Source: Eledone cirrhosa
Taxonomy: Eukaryota
Assembly: GCA_964016885.1 (NCBI GenBank)
Contig: OZ024743.1
Coordinates: 288,920,001 to 288,984,000 of the forward strand
Direction of reading: 5' to 3'
Length of the DNA: 64,000 nt
The position numbers were made by a program, and so were the translations under genes. Positions within the stretch are counted from its first letter, which is position 1; each line of letters opens with the position of its first letter. The notes below the pieces were generated by a model, which worked only from the letters and a program-made list of their open reading frames with translations, had not been told where the DNA came from and ran no database searches. Below are positions 37,975-51,180 of this stretch, one piece after another.

Positions 37975-38169
37975 GGTAATTTATTCCGGGTTGAATCGGA
38001 GGTAACCATAGTAAGTAAGATATTCAATACATAACAGAGTATGAAAGTTTTAATATAGATGAGATTCTACAGGACTAGAACTGTTTCATTCTTTAGAAAT
38101 CATCAGGAATCCTGATGATTTCTAAAGAATGAAACAGTTCTGTCGTGTAGAATCTCATCTATATTAAAA
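37975..38169. mobile_element. Family E fold-back HHR element
   Basis: Arms 38048-38108 and 38110-38169 with a 1-nt loop; CTGATGA-tttct(aa)agaat-GAAAC immediately beside the centre; ~70-bp left extension; flanked by (TA)n. Confidence 0.75.
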
Positions 38170-38180
38170 TATATATATAT

Positions 38181-38222
<42 letters not shown>

Positions 38223-38409
38223 CTTTATGTTTCTCCATCCACAGCTCATACCTCACATATCTCACTTTCTTTCTCTGTGCCTCATTTTTACTCAAACATT
38301 CACCCTTTCCGCTCAGTTCCCTATTCACTCTCACGCTCAAACCTCTCTCTATATATATTTGCCTGTTCATTTTTAATATCGAATATCGTCACAATTTTCC
38401 CACCCCTTT

Positions 38410-38488
<79 letters not shown>

Positions 38489-38960
38489 ATCTCTCTTTCT
38501 GTGCTTCTGTTCCCCACAACCTTTTCCTTTCTCCATCGGTTGCTTCCCTCTTCACTTTCTCTTCCACTCCCTCTCTATTTCTATATATCTGTCTATTTGT
38601 CTTTTAGTATCTTCTTTATTTCTCGCCTTCATTTCTTCCCGTTGGTGTAATCTAATTTTAATTTAACTTCATCTAGCTTCTGTTGTTATTACTTTCCTAT
38701 AATCACATTAGACCTATTCTCAGAAGAGTTGCAAATGTGTTGAAAATACAATTTTGGAGGTGTTTTATCCTTCCACTTCTTACTCATCCTACTTCCCCTT
38801 ATTTATATCTTTCATAGAGAAAACTCCCGCACCCCTTTCTCTCTCCTTTTCACTATCTCTCCCAGTAACTCATTCTTATACAAACATATATGCCTACATA
38901 TAAATATACGTACACATATACATGCAAATACGATGACAAATGAATCTCTCTCTCTCTCTC

Positions 38961-39063
<103 letters not shown>

Positions 39064-39064
39064 C

Positions 39065-39167
<103 letters not shown>

Positions 39168-40298
39168 TATATGCATACCTATATGCATACATAAACACAT
39201 ACCTACCTACATACATACATACATACATACATACGCATAACTTGCTTACCTCCCACTTATTTTTCTATTTAATATTAGAGGAAAGAATTTACAAAGTAAG
39301 GTTAAGAGAATTGTGAAACAATTACAATCTCCCCATCATTCCTCACGCCTTCTCAAAACACCATCACCACAAACATCACCAGCATTACAAACGTCACCAC
39401 CCGCAGCCACCTCCACCACCATTAACAACAACTCCAACAGCAACAACTAAAATGCAACATAAAACAAACTAGAAATATAAAGTTGCTAAGTAAAATGTAT
39501 TGTTAATAAATATCCGCAATAGACTGAATTTAACTTTAAACGTTATTGACAATATCTCTGTTACATTAATTTATTAATTATTTCTATTTATCTGTTTATT
39601 TAATTAAGGATTATTCACTCAAAAATGTTATAAGTACAGAGAAATGTGCTTAAGTATATGTACATACGTATGTATGCATGTATGTAATTATGTATGAAAG
39701 TATGTATGAATGAATGCTTATATCTATGCAAGTAGGCATGTATGCTTGTATGCATGTGTAGCTCTATACATGTATATGTCCGTCCAAGTATGTATGTATA
39801 AGCATATATGGGTGTACATAGGTATATATAACGACACATATATATATTTTCACACACATATATATATACACACAGATAGATAAATACATACACATATACA
39901 TATCATATATACACATATATTTATATACATATGTACATAAACTTATATATATTTGTACATGTGTGTATGTATGCATGTATGTATGTATTTATATACAACT
40001 AAGCATGATTGTCCAAGGGAGTCGGAAAGAAACCAGAGTTAATTAATTTACTCAATAAGTTAGCAGACAAAAAGCATATTTATTTTATATAATAATAACT
40101 TTTACAAGACTAGGACTGTTTCATTCGTATGATGCTTTCATGTGAATGAAAGAGTTCTAATTCTGGAGAAGTCATTTCTATTATATATACGTTATAGTTT
40201 ATCAAAATGTGTGTGGGCTCGCGTGGATATATATGGATTGGTTTGTTTCATGTAACTAACTATGTGCATAATCTGATATATGTATATATGTGTGTAAC

Positions 40299-40510
40299 AG
40301 CGTGGCTGAGTGGTTAGAGTATTGGATTCGCAATCGTGAGGTTGTGAGTTCGATTCCCAGTCCGGGGATGCTTTATGTCCTTGAGCAAGTCACTTTATAT
40401 CACATTGCTCCTTCTGTCTGGATTTGCGACCGGGAGATAGTATTAGCAATTGTTAGGACCAACGTTTCCTCTGTCCGATTTGATGAGATCCACCCCACTC
40501 CTTAAGCAAA
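40299..40510 (+). mobile_element. tRNA-derived SINE
   Basis: A box gtggctgagtgg and B box gagttcgattcc, followed by a non-tRNA body. Confidence 0.7.
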
Positions 40511-40553
40511 TGGGGTCTGCGCTCTTGTCTATCGACTGTCGATATATATACTA

Positions 40554-40992
40554 GACCTGAAAAATGCGCAAGATCAAAAGAGCCAAAGAATGTTATAACA
40601 AATCTTCAAAAGTGTGGGACTAGAGTTGTTGCTCAAAAATATTGTAATCATTATCTATCGTACACTCTGTGGCATCCTTTTATAAAAAAGAGACTCATAA
40701 CGAATTCAAGACGACACGATAATTATTGAAGCTAATGTTCAATATCTCATATTAGGTGTTTAGTAATGATTAATACGAAATGCACTTAACCCGAATTATA
40801 TATTATAAATTCATTTAAATAATTATCGTGTCATCTTGAGTTCGTTATGAGTCTCTTTTTTTATAAAAGGATGCCACAGAGTGTACGATAGATAATGATT
40901 ACAATATTTTTGAGCAACAACTCTCGTCCCACACGTTTGAAGGTTTATTATAACATTCTGTGGCTCTTTTGAGCTTGCGCATTTTTCAGGTC
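40554..40992. mobile_element. MITE-like fold-back element with ~175-bp TIRs
   Basis: gacctgaaaaatgcgc...gataattatt / aataattatc...gcgcatttttcaggtc; ~90-bp spacer; TA on both sides; no HHR seen. Confidence 0.75.
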
Positions 40993-41257
40993 TATTTTAA
41001 TATTTTTTTAAGGCAACGCTTGTAATAACTCTAGTTAAACATGATATATATTAATAATAAATTATCGTTGTAATGTAATTAGATTATATAATTGTTATTT
41101 TATAAATGATCTTATAAATATTATTGTAAGATGTATACAAATATTTTCAGACTTTTAATATAAACAACTACAAAAAACATTCAATATTAAATAAATATAT
41201 TTTACATAATAATTGTTATAGGTGAATTAATAAAAATTAAATATTATATACAAATAG

Positions 41258-41440
41258 TTGTTTCTACTTTAGGCACAAGGCCAGCAATTACCCAGTGCAT
41301 TACTGGTACTTTATTTTATCGACCCCGTAAGGATGAAAGGCAAAGTCAACCTCGGCGGGATTTGAACTCAGATCGTAAAGGGACGTAACTATGCTGGAAA
41401 GCATGGCGTCCGGCCCTCTACCGATACTGCCAATCCAACA
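41258..41440 (-). mobile_element. SINE (same family as 28618, 49688 and 57646)
   Basis: ttgtttctactttaggcacaaggccagcaattaccc...ttttatcgaccccgtaaggatgaaaggcaaagtcaacctcggcgggatttgaactcag. Confidence 0.85.
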
Positions 41441-42554
41441 TAATAATAATAAAATAATCTAACATAAAACGAACAAATATATGGACAAATATACAAGTAA
41501 ATATGATACAACCAATATTATAAGCATGTTATAACGAACTGAAAAAAAAATAGTTAATATAAATTTAAAAAATCATATATAAATTAACAATATAACTTAC
41601 CAAAACGAGAAAAATATTTTGATGATAAACGACGAAATACAGGAGGAAGATTAGCCAATAAGACGATGAAATTAGCCAATAAAACGACACATTACAAAAC
41701 ATGATAATAAAGGGCCGTAACTCTATGCTGCAAAACATGGTGTCTGACCTTCTACCGATACTGCCAATCCACCGCCTTTAATAAACATAAAATAATGATT
41801 TAAGGAAAATATAACAACAATTTTGTAAAAAAAAAATACAATTTAACGCCAATTTCATTTCATGTATATTTTTTTATTATTGGTTACGCCATTGAATATT
41901 CCTTAACATATATTATGGCCTTCAAAAAAAACAAACAAGTGCTTCGCTCAAATATATATTAAACCTTGTGTGTATGTTCTTCTGGTTTCATTGTTTTATA
42001 AATGTTTACCAATAGAGAGCGAGTCACTTTCTAAAATAGACACAAGACTCTTCTAGATCTTTTGACATCAACTAGGCAGACATGTATACATTTCTGCAGG
42101 TGTGCGTGTGTTAGCATGTATGGATGTTATTGTATGTGTTGATGTGTGTTTTGAGTTATGTATGTGCATATGCATATGTTTTGCATCTGTACATGTGTAC
42201 ATGCAGAATCTTTGGAATGTTTTCCATATTTTTACTGTTCCATAATTTCATCGTCTTATTGGTTAATCAACCAATGAGAGTAATTTTTGCTCAAAAGCAT
42301 CCGCCATTTTGTATGCACGTTTATTTATCGTTTCACTTTTGAATCTTCCTCTTGTATTTCGTCGTTTGTCATCAAAATATTTTTCTCGTTTTGGTAATTC
42401 CTAACTATTCGTGAACTTTCTGGTTCTGTGAAGCCCAGCTTGTACTGAGGCAGTTACTGATATATCGCAGTGACTAAAAAATCAAATGTATGTATATACG
42501 TATGTATGCATGTCCGTACACAGGTATGTATGTACGTATCTATCTATCTATCTA

Positions 42555-43619
42555 ATGATGCGCAAACATGCGCTGAGGCTACGGCATCTCCAGGTATTCC
42601 TCACCGACCAACCGGTGTGGGCACCGTTTGTGAGATAGGCCTTCGCACAACTTGTCTCGCTGACGGAGCTGTACTCCTGGGTCAAGCGAAGACCAAAGAA
42701 GATGGGTGACTGGCACATTAAATGCCCCCAGGCGCTCACAGTCCTCTGTCAAGCGGCACAGCAATCAGTGGAGACTCCACTTCGACATTCTATACAGGGT
42801 TAGTACTTTACGAGAGCGACGGCATGCTCGGGGAGACTCTAGGCTTCGAAGACGACGAGCTCACCAGTATGTTCGGTAGGACTTTCCGCCCGGGACCTAT
42901 GGACAACTTCCAGAGGTCTCTGGCCCGGCAGTGCTACCGAGGAGCTCTACTCGTTCGAGATAAGATCTACAGGCACGGACGCCCCGGCAGGGATCCTTCC
43001 AAGAGGACGTGTCCAAGATGCGAGCAGGACATTGAAACCATCTTGCACGCAATTGTACACTGACCGGGCGTAAGCGACCTGTGGAACTATGCAGAACAAC
43101 TGCTGTCGCGTATGGGACAAAGGCAGTTGACTGCCGAGTCCATAGTAAGAATCAAACCGCCAGCCTCTTTCAAAGCGAAAGAGAGGCGGTTTGCCTCTGT
43201 ACAGTGGCTATGGTGAAAGAGGTTATATGGTGGACGAGATTGAGAGGACTGAGGACAGATGCCTTTTTCTCCGGACAACAATTGATTCCCTTCTTTAAGT
43301 ATCACTTTAGAAGGAGAATCAGAGTAGAGAGAGAGGCACTGCATCCCAGTAAATTTACTGAAAGGTGGGTAAATGAAGCGAAAATGGCCGAGTGATTGGG
43401 CCTTCTCTGTTTATAACCTGTAGGTTAAAGAAGAGAGCAAAAGGAAGAAAGGAGCACTTGCACAATATTAAACAACCCATTTGTGGCGTCTGCCCCTATT
43501 GGGGATTTCGATTGTTATAATTGTTTGTTTCAATATTTTTACGCGAATGTATGTAAAATCCCCGACATGTGTCTTTGTATTGTCCCCTTTTCTTGTGCGC
43601 CCTTGTGGCAAATAAAGAA

Positions 43620-43620
<1 letters not shown>
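42555..43620 (+). mobile_element. Tx1-like LINE 3' fragment 1
   Basis: Homologous to 47671-48819; CPRC...ETILHAIVH Zn motif; AATAAA; flanked by (TCTA)n. Confidence 0.85.
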
Positions 43621-43693
<73 letters not shown>

Positions 43694-43694
43694 C

Positions 43695-44197
43695 AAACAG
43701 CCACCCTCCTTCAAAAACGAGGGAGAGGCGGTTTCCTATGTGTTATGGCTATGGTGAAAGAGGTTATATGGTGGACGAGGTTAAAAGGGCTGAGGTCAGA
43801 CACCTTTCTCACCGGCGAGCAACTGATTCGTTTTTTCAAATATCATTTTGGAAGAAGAATCAGGATGGAGAGAGAGGTGCTGTACCACAGCAAATTTTAT
43901 AAAAGGTGGGTGAATGTGGCAAAGCTGGCCCGAGTGGTTGGGCCTTCTCTCTATATAAGCCTGTAGGTTGAGGAAGAGAGGAAGGGAGTACTTACTCTTG
44001 GTGCTCCTGGAGATGAGGAATGTACATTTTTTCGGGGTGTGTACAACCGCAGTGTAACGCCTCCCCCCCCCCCCCCTATTGGGGATTTCAATTGTTATTT
44101 GTTATTTTATTAATAGTTTTATTTTCATATACCTGTATGTAAACTCCCCATTTGTATTTGTCCTCTTCTTTTGTGCCCTTGTGGCTAATAAAAAAAT
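43695..44197 (+). mobile_element. Tx1-like LINE 3' fragment 2
   Basis: Homologous to 48270-48819; flanked by (TCTA)n. Confidence 0.85.
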
Positions 44198-44225
44198 TCT
44201 ATCTATCTATCTATCTATCTATTTA

Positions 44226-47200
44226 TGACCAAACTTTTATTAACATTACCGTTGAGGGTAGGCGGCCCTCGTGTTACCTCTGTGGAGCCATAGGTCACCT
44301 GAGGGCTGTCTGTCCTCAACTTAAAAAGAAAACCCCAATCCTGCCTACACCACCAACAACTGCACAACCAACACAATCACCACAACCACCACTACAAAAA
44401 CAACAACCACAGCTCAAACCAAAACAAAACACTGTCCACCACCACCCGCCCACCCCCACTAAAAAAAAATAATTTCCAAAACACCCGCACCGCAAACACA
44501 ACCCTAAAATCTATCCCTCCCCTCCAACGTGGAAGATGACCCCCGTTCGTCGACAGACGAGGAGGAGCACTTCCACACAATCAAAAGAAAAAAAAAGAAA
44601 ACATACCTCAGACACACAAATGAAAACAACCCCTCCCCAAAACATAACACAGACACCAACACAAAAGAGCACACAACAACAGCAAACAAAAAACACCAGA
44701 CAAAGACAAAAACATGCATACACATACATAAACACAAGAAATAAAAAAAAATGCTAAACATTGTATACAACAACAATTTAGTGAAAACCCAAGGGCCTAA
44801 CTTCACCCAGGCAGGGGATTTCTCCCACCTCAAAATGATTAAGGCCCCAGAGGACACATATAAAACGCTAAAAAACAACTTTAAAGAGGACGTGGCCACC
44901 CCCCCTGCGTCGGGCCCATTAACCGCGTCCTCCTAAAAAATTTCCCCACCCCCTCCTAAACACCCACACAACTCCAAACACACCAACCACACAACACACT
45001 GATGCCCCTACACTTACAACCCCCCCCCCCACCCAACAACCCATCCCCCACCCTCATGGAAATTGTGCAGCCCGATACCCGGGACGCAGAGTGGTAAGTG
45101 CCTTTTCTCTTCACCACCAACATGGCTATGCTGAGAGTTGGTTGTCTAAATGCGCGTGGCCTGGGCTCAACTTGGAAGCAAGCAATGCTTCTAAATAACC
45201 TCAGGTCACAACGTATAGATATAATGGTTATTTGCGAGGCCCGGATCAGCAACGTGCAACAGCTGGCCCCCACCTTTGATGACTTTGAGATGCACGCAAC
45301 GCTCTGTCAGCCCGGAGGTGGGCGTGGGGTTGTCGTTCTGCTGCAAAAACATCTGCGTCTCGCAACACAGACGGTACATTTGGACCCGGAGCGTCGACTA
45401 GTGGTACTGGACCTTGGCAGTGGTGAAGGTGGAGCGTTTAGGCTGGTAGCCGTCTACGGCCCTTTCGGGTCAACGCGGCCGGACTTCTTCCATCGTCTGG
45501 AGACTGTTCTAGGGACGTCCCGCTCCTTGCTATAGTGGGGACTGGAATTGTATCCTAGATGCACGTTGGGACTACGTAGGGGCCTGTCCCGATAGAGAGG
45601 GGTGTAACAGCCTCAAAGAGTTAATCGGCCGATTTGACGTGGCCGATAGATATCGACTAGATTTTCCGACTGCGCCAACCTGGACTTGCGCAAACCGCAG
45701 CGGATCATCTAGGTCGTACCTAGATAGGTTCTTAGTTAGAAATAAAGATAAGGACATTTTAAGTTGTCCAGAAATGCTCATGGTTGGCTATTCAGACCAC
45801 AAGTTAGTGACCTGCATGGTCAACCTTGACAGAACGCATAGACAGGGGCCCGGTGACTGGAAGCTCAACTTGTCCTTACCGGCAAGTAAGGCTTACAGGG
45901 ACCGGATTAGGACTTTAGTTAAGGAGCGGTTGACGGGCGCCATCGTCAACAGCAGGTGGTGGGGATCTCTCAAAAGAGAGATTAGAGTAGTCTCTATAGA
46001 ATTTAGTAATGAGTTAGCCTCAAATAGAAATAGGAAGGAAAGGGAGTTGGTAGATAGTGTAGAAGAGGCAATTAGAAGCAGCGACGTGGCCAGAGTGCTA
46101 GCGTCGAGAACGGCCCTGGGCCAGTTCTTCGACGCTAAACGCGAAGGCTGCATCGTCCGAAGCAAAATACGTGCTCTGGGAAACGAGGGGACCAAAGCTG
46201 TTAGCTGGGCCCGCGTGACAGAAGCTAAAAGAGGGAGTAGATCCACTATCCGGTCTTTGCGAGACCAGCATTGACGAGTGATCCTTGAACCTAAGCAGAT
46301 GTGCGAGGCTTTTCAAAAGCACCTTGCCAGATTGTTCGGAAGGGGCGGGGAGCCGGTTGGGGAAGTGGACTTCGGTCCATACCTCAACGGCCTGCCGCGT
46401 CTCTCGGATAAGGAGGCGAAGTCCTGCGTGGAGCCGATTTCAGGCGCTGAGATAGAGAACATACTGAGCCAATGCGGCAAACGCAAATACCCGGGTCTCG
46501 ATGGTCTTCCATACGAACTATATCTAGCTATGCCGGACTTGTTCCCCGATCTCCTCGAGTCGGTCTACTGCAACTGGCAACACAACGGGAGAATTCCCTG
46601 TGCTGTGACCAAGGCGTAGTGACGCTAGTGAGGAAGGACGAGAACAAGGGGGACGATATAAGTAATTTCAGGCCCATAACTCTGCTAAATACAGTTACAG
46701 ATTTTGGCCAAGGTGCTAACAAAGGGGTTGGCGCTTCTCGTGGGCAACCTGATGGGAGATGCGCAGACATGTGCTATCCCGTCCAGGTCCATCCACGACA
46801 ACCTCCACCTCATGCGATACATCATAGAGAAGGTTGGGAACGAACCCGGCTTTGGTGGGGCCCTGATCAACTTGAATCAATCTAAGGCGTTCGATAGGGT
46901 CGACCATGGTTACCTGGATGCGGTGCTAGGGGCGGCAGGCTATTGACCCGTTTTCAGGGGCTAGATCAATGCCATGCACAGCAGCCGCATCTGCTCTAGA
47001 GTCAAGGTGAACCGCTACCTCTCGGAGCCGTTCCAAATCGCGCGCTCCATCCGACAAGGGTGCCCCCTCTTCTCCTCCCTTCTGTATGTAGTGACTCTAG
47101 AGCCACTGCTGCGGAAGTTGTAGTTGTTGCAGGGCATCCCGTTGGAACCGGGATTGTGTAAAGCGGTGTCGGCCTACGCAGATGACGTAAGAGTAATGGT

Positions 47201-48819
47201 GTCGACGGCCTCGGAAATCGGGGCGATCGGCACCTTACTGGAGGAGTACGAAAGGTTTACAGGAGCTAAGCTGAACTGGGACAAGTCGATCGGTTTGCAA
47301 CTCGGCACGTGGAGGGGTAAATCGATGCCCTCCGATGGCGTCGTCGGGCGCTGGACGTAGGGCCCGGTGAAGTTTCTCGGGGCCTGGTTCGGACCAGACC
47401 TCCAGGTGGAGAAGAACTGGGTGAGGTAACGAACAGAATGTTTGCACTGACCCAGAAGGGGGCTGAGTGCAAACTGTCCATGAGGTGGCGAACACTTATA
47501 ATGCGTCCGTCATCTACTACCGCCTGACCGTCGTGCATTGCTTAAGGGAAGCGCTCGCCAAAATGGAGTGCGCACACTTCCAATTCCTTTGGAAGAAGCG
47601 GGCTCCTATGGTGAGGAGATCTATCTGCTGTCAACACCTTTCGAAAGGAGGGCTGGAGATCCCGTGGCTGATGATGCGTAAACACGCATTAAGGCTATGG
47701 AACCTCCAGGTATTCCTCACTGGTCAACCGGTGTAGGCCCCGTTTGTGAGGCGAACCTTTCCCAGACTCGTGTCGCTCACCGAGCTGCAATCCTGGGTCA
47801 AGCAAAGACCGAGAAAACTGGGCGCCTGGCACACCGAGTGTGCCCAGGCGATCACGGCTCTCTGGCAGGCGGACCCTGCTGTCAGTGGAGAATCCACCTC
47901 GTCATTCTATAGAGTGCTGGTGATTAGCAGGTGCGACGACGCCCTCGCAGAAGCCCTAGGCATGGAGGAAAACGAACTGGCCAACCTGTTCGGTAGGATA
48001 TTCAGCCCGGGACCTATGGATAACTACCAGAGGTCCCTCGCCTGGCAGTGCTACCGAGGGGCTCTGCCCGTTCGAGAAAGGCTCTACAGACACGGGCGCC
48101 CGGGTAGGGGCCCCTCGAAAAAGATCTGTCCCAGATGCGTGTGCGACGAGGAAACCGTTGCACACACATTGGTACACTGCTCGGGCATTGCCGATCTATG
48201 AGGCTATGTCGAACAACTGCTATCAAGGGTGGGACCGATCCGGTTGACCACCGAGTCTATTGTAACGATCAAGCCGCCTCCCCTCTTCAAAAATGAAGAA
48301 GAGGCGATGTTTCTGTGCGTAATAGCCATGGTGAAAGAGGTTGTATGGTGGATGCGTCTGAAAGGACTGAGGTCAGACACCTTTCTCTCTGGCCAACAAC
48401 TGGTCCGTTTCTTCTGATATCATTTCGGAAGAAGGATCAGGATGGAGAGAGAGGTGCTGCACCCCAGCCGTTTTTATGAAAGATGGATGAAAGTGGCGAG
48501 AATGGCCCGGGTGAATGGGCCTTCACTCTACATCAGACTGTAGGTGAGAAAGATGAAAGATCAAGGGAGCACCCTCTCTCTGTGCTCCTGGGGGGAAGGG
48601 TTGCACACTTTTTTCGGGTGTGTGTACGACCCCCCAAGGCGCCTCCTCCCTATTGAGGATTTTGTTATTCAATTTATTTTTGTTATATTTTATATTTTTA
48701 TATTTTTATATTTTTATATCGTGTTATTGCCTCCTCCTTATTGAGGACGCTTTTTATGTAAACTCCCCCCATTGTATTTGTCCCACTCTTTGAAGCCCTG
48801 GTGGCAAATAAAAAGAAAG
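44226..48819 (+). mobile_element. Tx1-like (L1 clade) LINE, 5'-truncated within ORF1
   Basis: ORF1 CCHC knuckle CYLCGAIGHLRAVC (44272-44313); ORF2 APE plus RT; ends AATAAA followed by tatctatc. Confidence 0.88.
45128..48543 (+). pseudogene. Tx1-like ORF2 (APE endonuclease, RT, Cys-rich C-terminus), disrupted
   Basis: CLNARGL; GDWN; SYLDRF; YSDHK; WKLN; PGLDGLP; FRPITLLN; KAFDRVDH; RQGCPL; AYADD (47175); CPRC...H..C. Many stops and frameshifts. Confidence 0.9.
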
Positions 48820-49687
48820 TTATCTATCTCTGCGTCTATATGTTGAAATCTAGCGGTACATATAATTTTTGGTATTAAGTGTGGTTATATACATGCGTAT
48901 CTATTTTTGTACATCTATATTTATAATTCTTTTTCTCTTCCATTCTCTTTCAACACACAGACACACTCATATGTGTGTGTGTTTGTGCGTGTTTGAGTGA
49001 GTATGTGTCTAGCTATATGTGTTTTAGTGTATAGGTATACGGGTATAATGAAGTTTTCAAATCTATATGTTATACATATATTAGTGTATTTATGCATAAG
49101 AGTTTAATAAGCATAGGCATTTACACATATACATCTATATATCTATGCCTTTGCATGGATCCGTAACTCCTGACGCAGTCATAGGTGCGCTGCAGTAAAA
49201 TATAGATTGCCTTGGGTATTCTATAAACCTGGTTGAGCCTATGCCCTCTCCAAGTCCAAATACAAACTATTTCTTCGATAGTGAGTGAGTGAGTGAGAAA
49301 TAGGGAGAGAGAGAGAAAGAAAGAGATAGAGAGAGCGAGAGAGAGCGAGAGAAAGAGAAAGAGAAAGAGATGTACTGAATTGTTACTTTTTTAAATCGAC
49401 CTCGAATAGATTAAAAGCAAAGTTGATCATGGTGGGTTTTGAACTCAGATAGCCGAAGCGAATACAGTAAAGCATTCTCCCTCTTTCTCTCGCTCTTTCT
49501 GCCTCCGTCTCTCTCTCTCTCTCTCTCCCTATATATATATATATATATCCGTCTGTCTATCTGTTTCTATATCTATCTTTTTTGTTATCAAGCTTAGTAG
49601 CTATATATGTATATTTGTGTCTATGAATGTGTTTTTAATGATGACTATGAAATGATTGACAGTTATCATTAACAGTTATCATTATGG

Positions 49688-49868
49688 AGATTGGCAGTAT
49701 CGGTAGAGGGTTGGCCGCCATGCTTCCTAGCATAGTTACGTCCCTTTACAGTTTGAATTCAAATCCCGTCGAGGTTAACTTTGCCTTTCATCCTTACGGG
49801 GTCGATAAAATAAAGTACCAGTAATGTACTGGGTAATTGTTGGCCTTGTGCCTAAAGTAGAAACAATT
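49688..49868 (+). mobile_element. SINE
   Basis: Reverse complement of 41258-41440. Confidence 0.85.
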
Positions 49869-50017
49869 ATTGAGAAATGGGATGGCAGTAAACGTAAAAC
49901 AACGTGCGACACCATTTAAATATACATGTGTGTTAGTACTTTTATATTTTAGGCTACTATAATTTGTGGCCAAATTATGTTTGCACATACACCCCCACAC
50001 ACACACACGACACACAC

Positions 50018-50093
<76 letters not shown>

Positions 50094-50349
50094 TTCTCTC
50101 TCTCCATCTCCCTCTCTGTCACACACACATACACATGTACACATATATGTATCTATCTACCTTTCTTCCTCGGCATCCTATCATCTTTTTTATTCTTTAC
50201 ACGTCGAAACCTCCATTTACTTCTTCCTAAGCGTTAAACTTAAAAGAACGTGTTTTTGCTGTGTGTTTGTCTCGTCTATTCTTGAACTATATATATATAT
50301 ACATATATAGATAAATATACACGGGTGTGTATGATTGTGTATAGAAGAT

Positions 50350-50740
50350 TATATTAATAAGAGGAATTCCAACTTTGTCTGATTTACTCGTTTTATTTAC
50401 AATCCTTTAAAATTTATAATGGTATTATAATGAAATAGTATAATAGAATATTAAATTCTAAGTGTTAATTGAACAAGTACTTTCATGCTTTCGCAATCTT
50501 CAGGTTCATAATATGTGGTGACAGTCAAGTTTGCAATTTTCAACAGTTGAAAATTGCAAACTTGACTGTCACCACATATTATGAACCTGAAGATTGCGAA
50601 AGCATGAAAGTACTTGTTCAATTAACACTTAGAATTTAATATTCTATTATACTATTTCATTATAATACCATTATAAATTTTAAAGGATTGTAAATAAAAC
50701 GAGTAAATCAGACAAAGTTGGAATTCCTCTTATTAATATA
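50350..50740. mobile_element. Family C fold-back HHR element: 195-bp arms, 1-nt loop at 50545
   Basis: Apparently perfect palindrome. HHR (+) 50582-50620: tgaac-CTGAAGA-ttgc(gaaa)gcat-GAAA-gtac-TT^gttca. Confidence 0.88.
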
Positions 50741-51180
50741 TATATATATATATACATATAGGTATAAAGAAAGCATATATCTTAAAAAGCCTCGTGAAAA
50801 TGTGAAATTTGAAATTTGCAATGTGTGGGTTCCAATGCAAATGGACATAATAATAGTCGATCACTATATAAAATAGGTGAACACGTTCAGTAAAGTCCCA
50901 GTTTAAAGATAAAGATTAACGATATATATATATATATATATTAGTAAAAAGGAAAAGAAAATGCTGACAAATGTTTCCCAGTGAAAAATAGTTTAATTAG
51001 GAATAAGTAAAAATTAGTAAAAAGTATTAGTTAGTATTCAGTTTTAGTTTTAAGTATTTACCGGTTGCGCATTTCTTATGCTTTTCAAAAATAATTTTGA
51101 GATCGAGTGCTCGTGCTTGTTGCTCTAATCTGATCAGTTTTGGAAAATATTCCTGTTTTTTTTAATATATATATATATAT

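Noticed and set aside
50940-51170. Possible HHR on the minus strand (ttgaaaagcataagaaatgcgca)
   Set aside because: The core lacks CUGANGA and the stems are not convincing.
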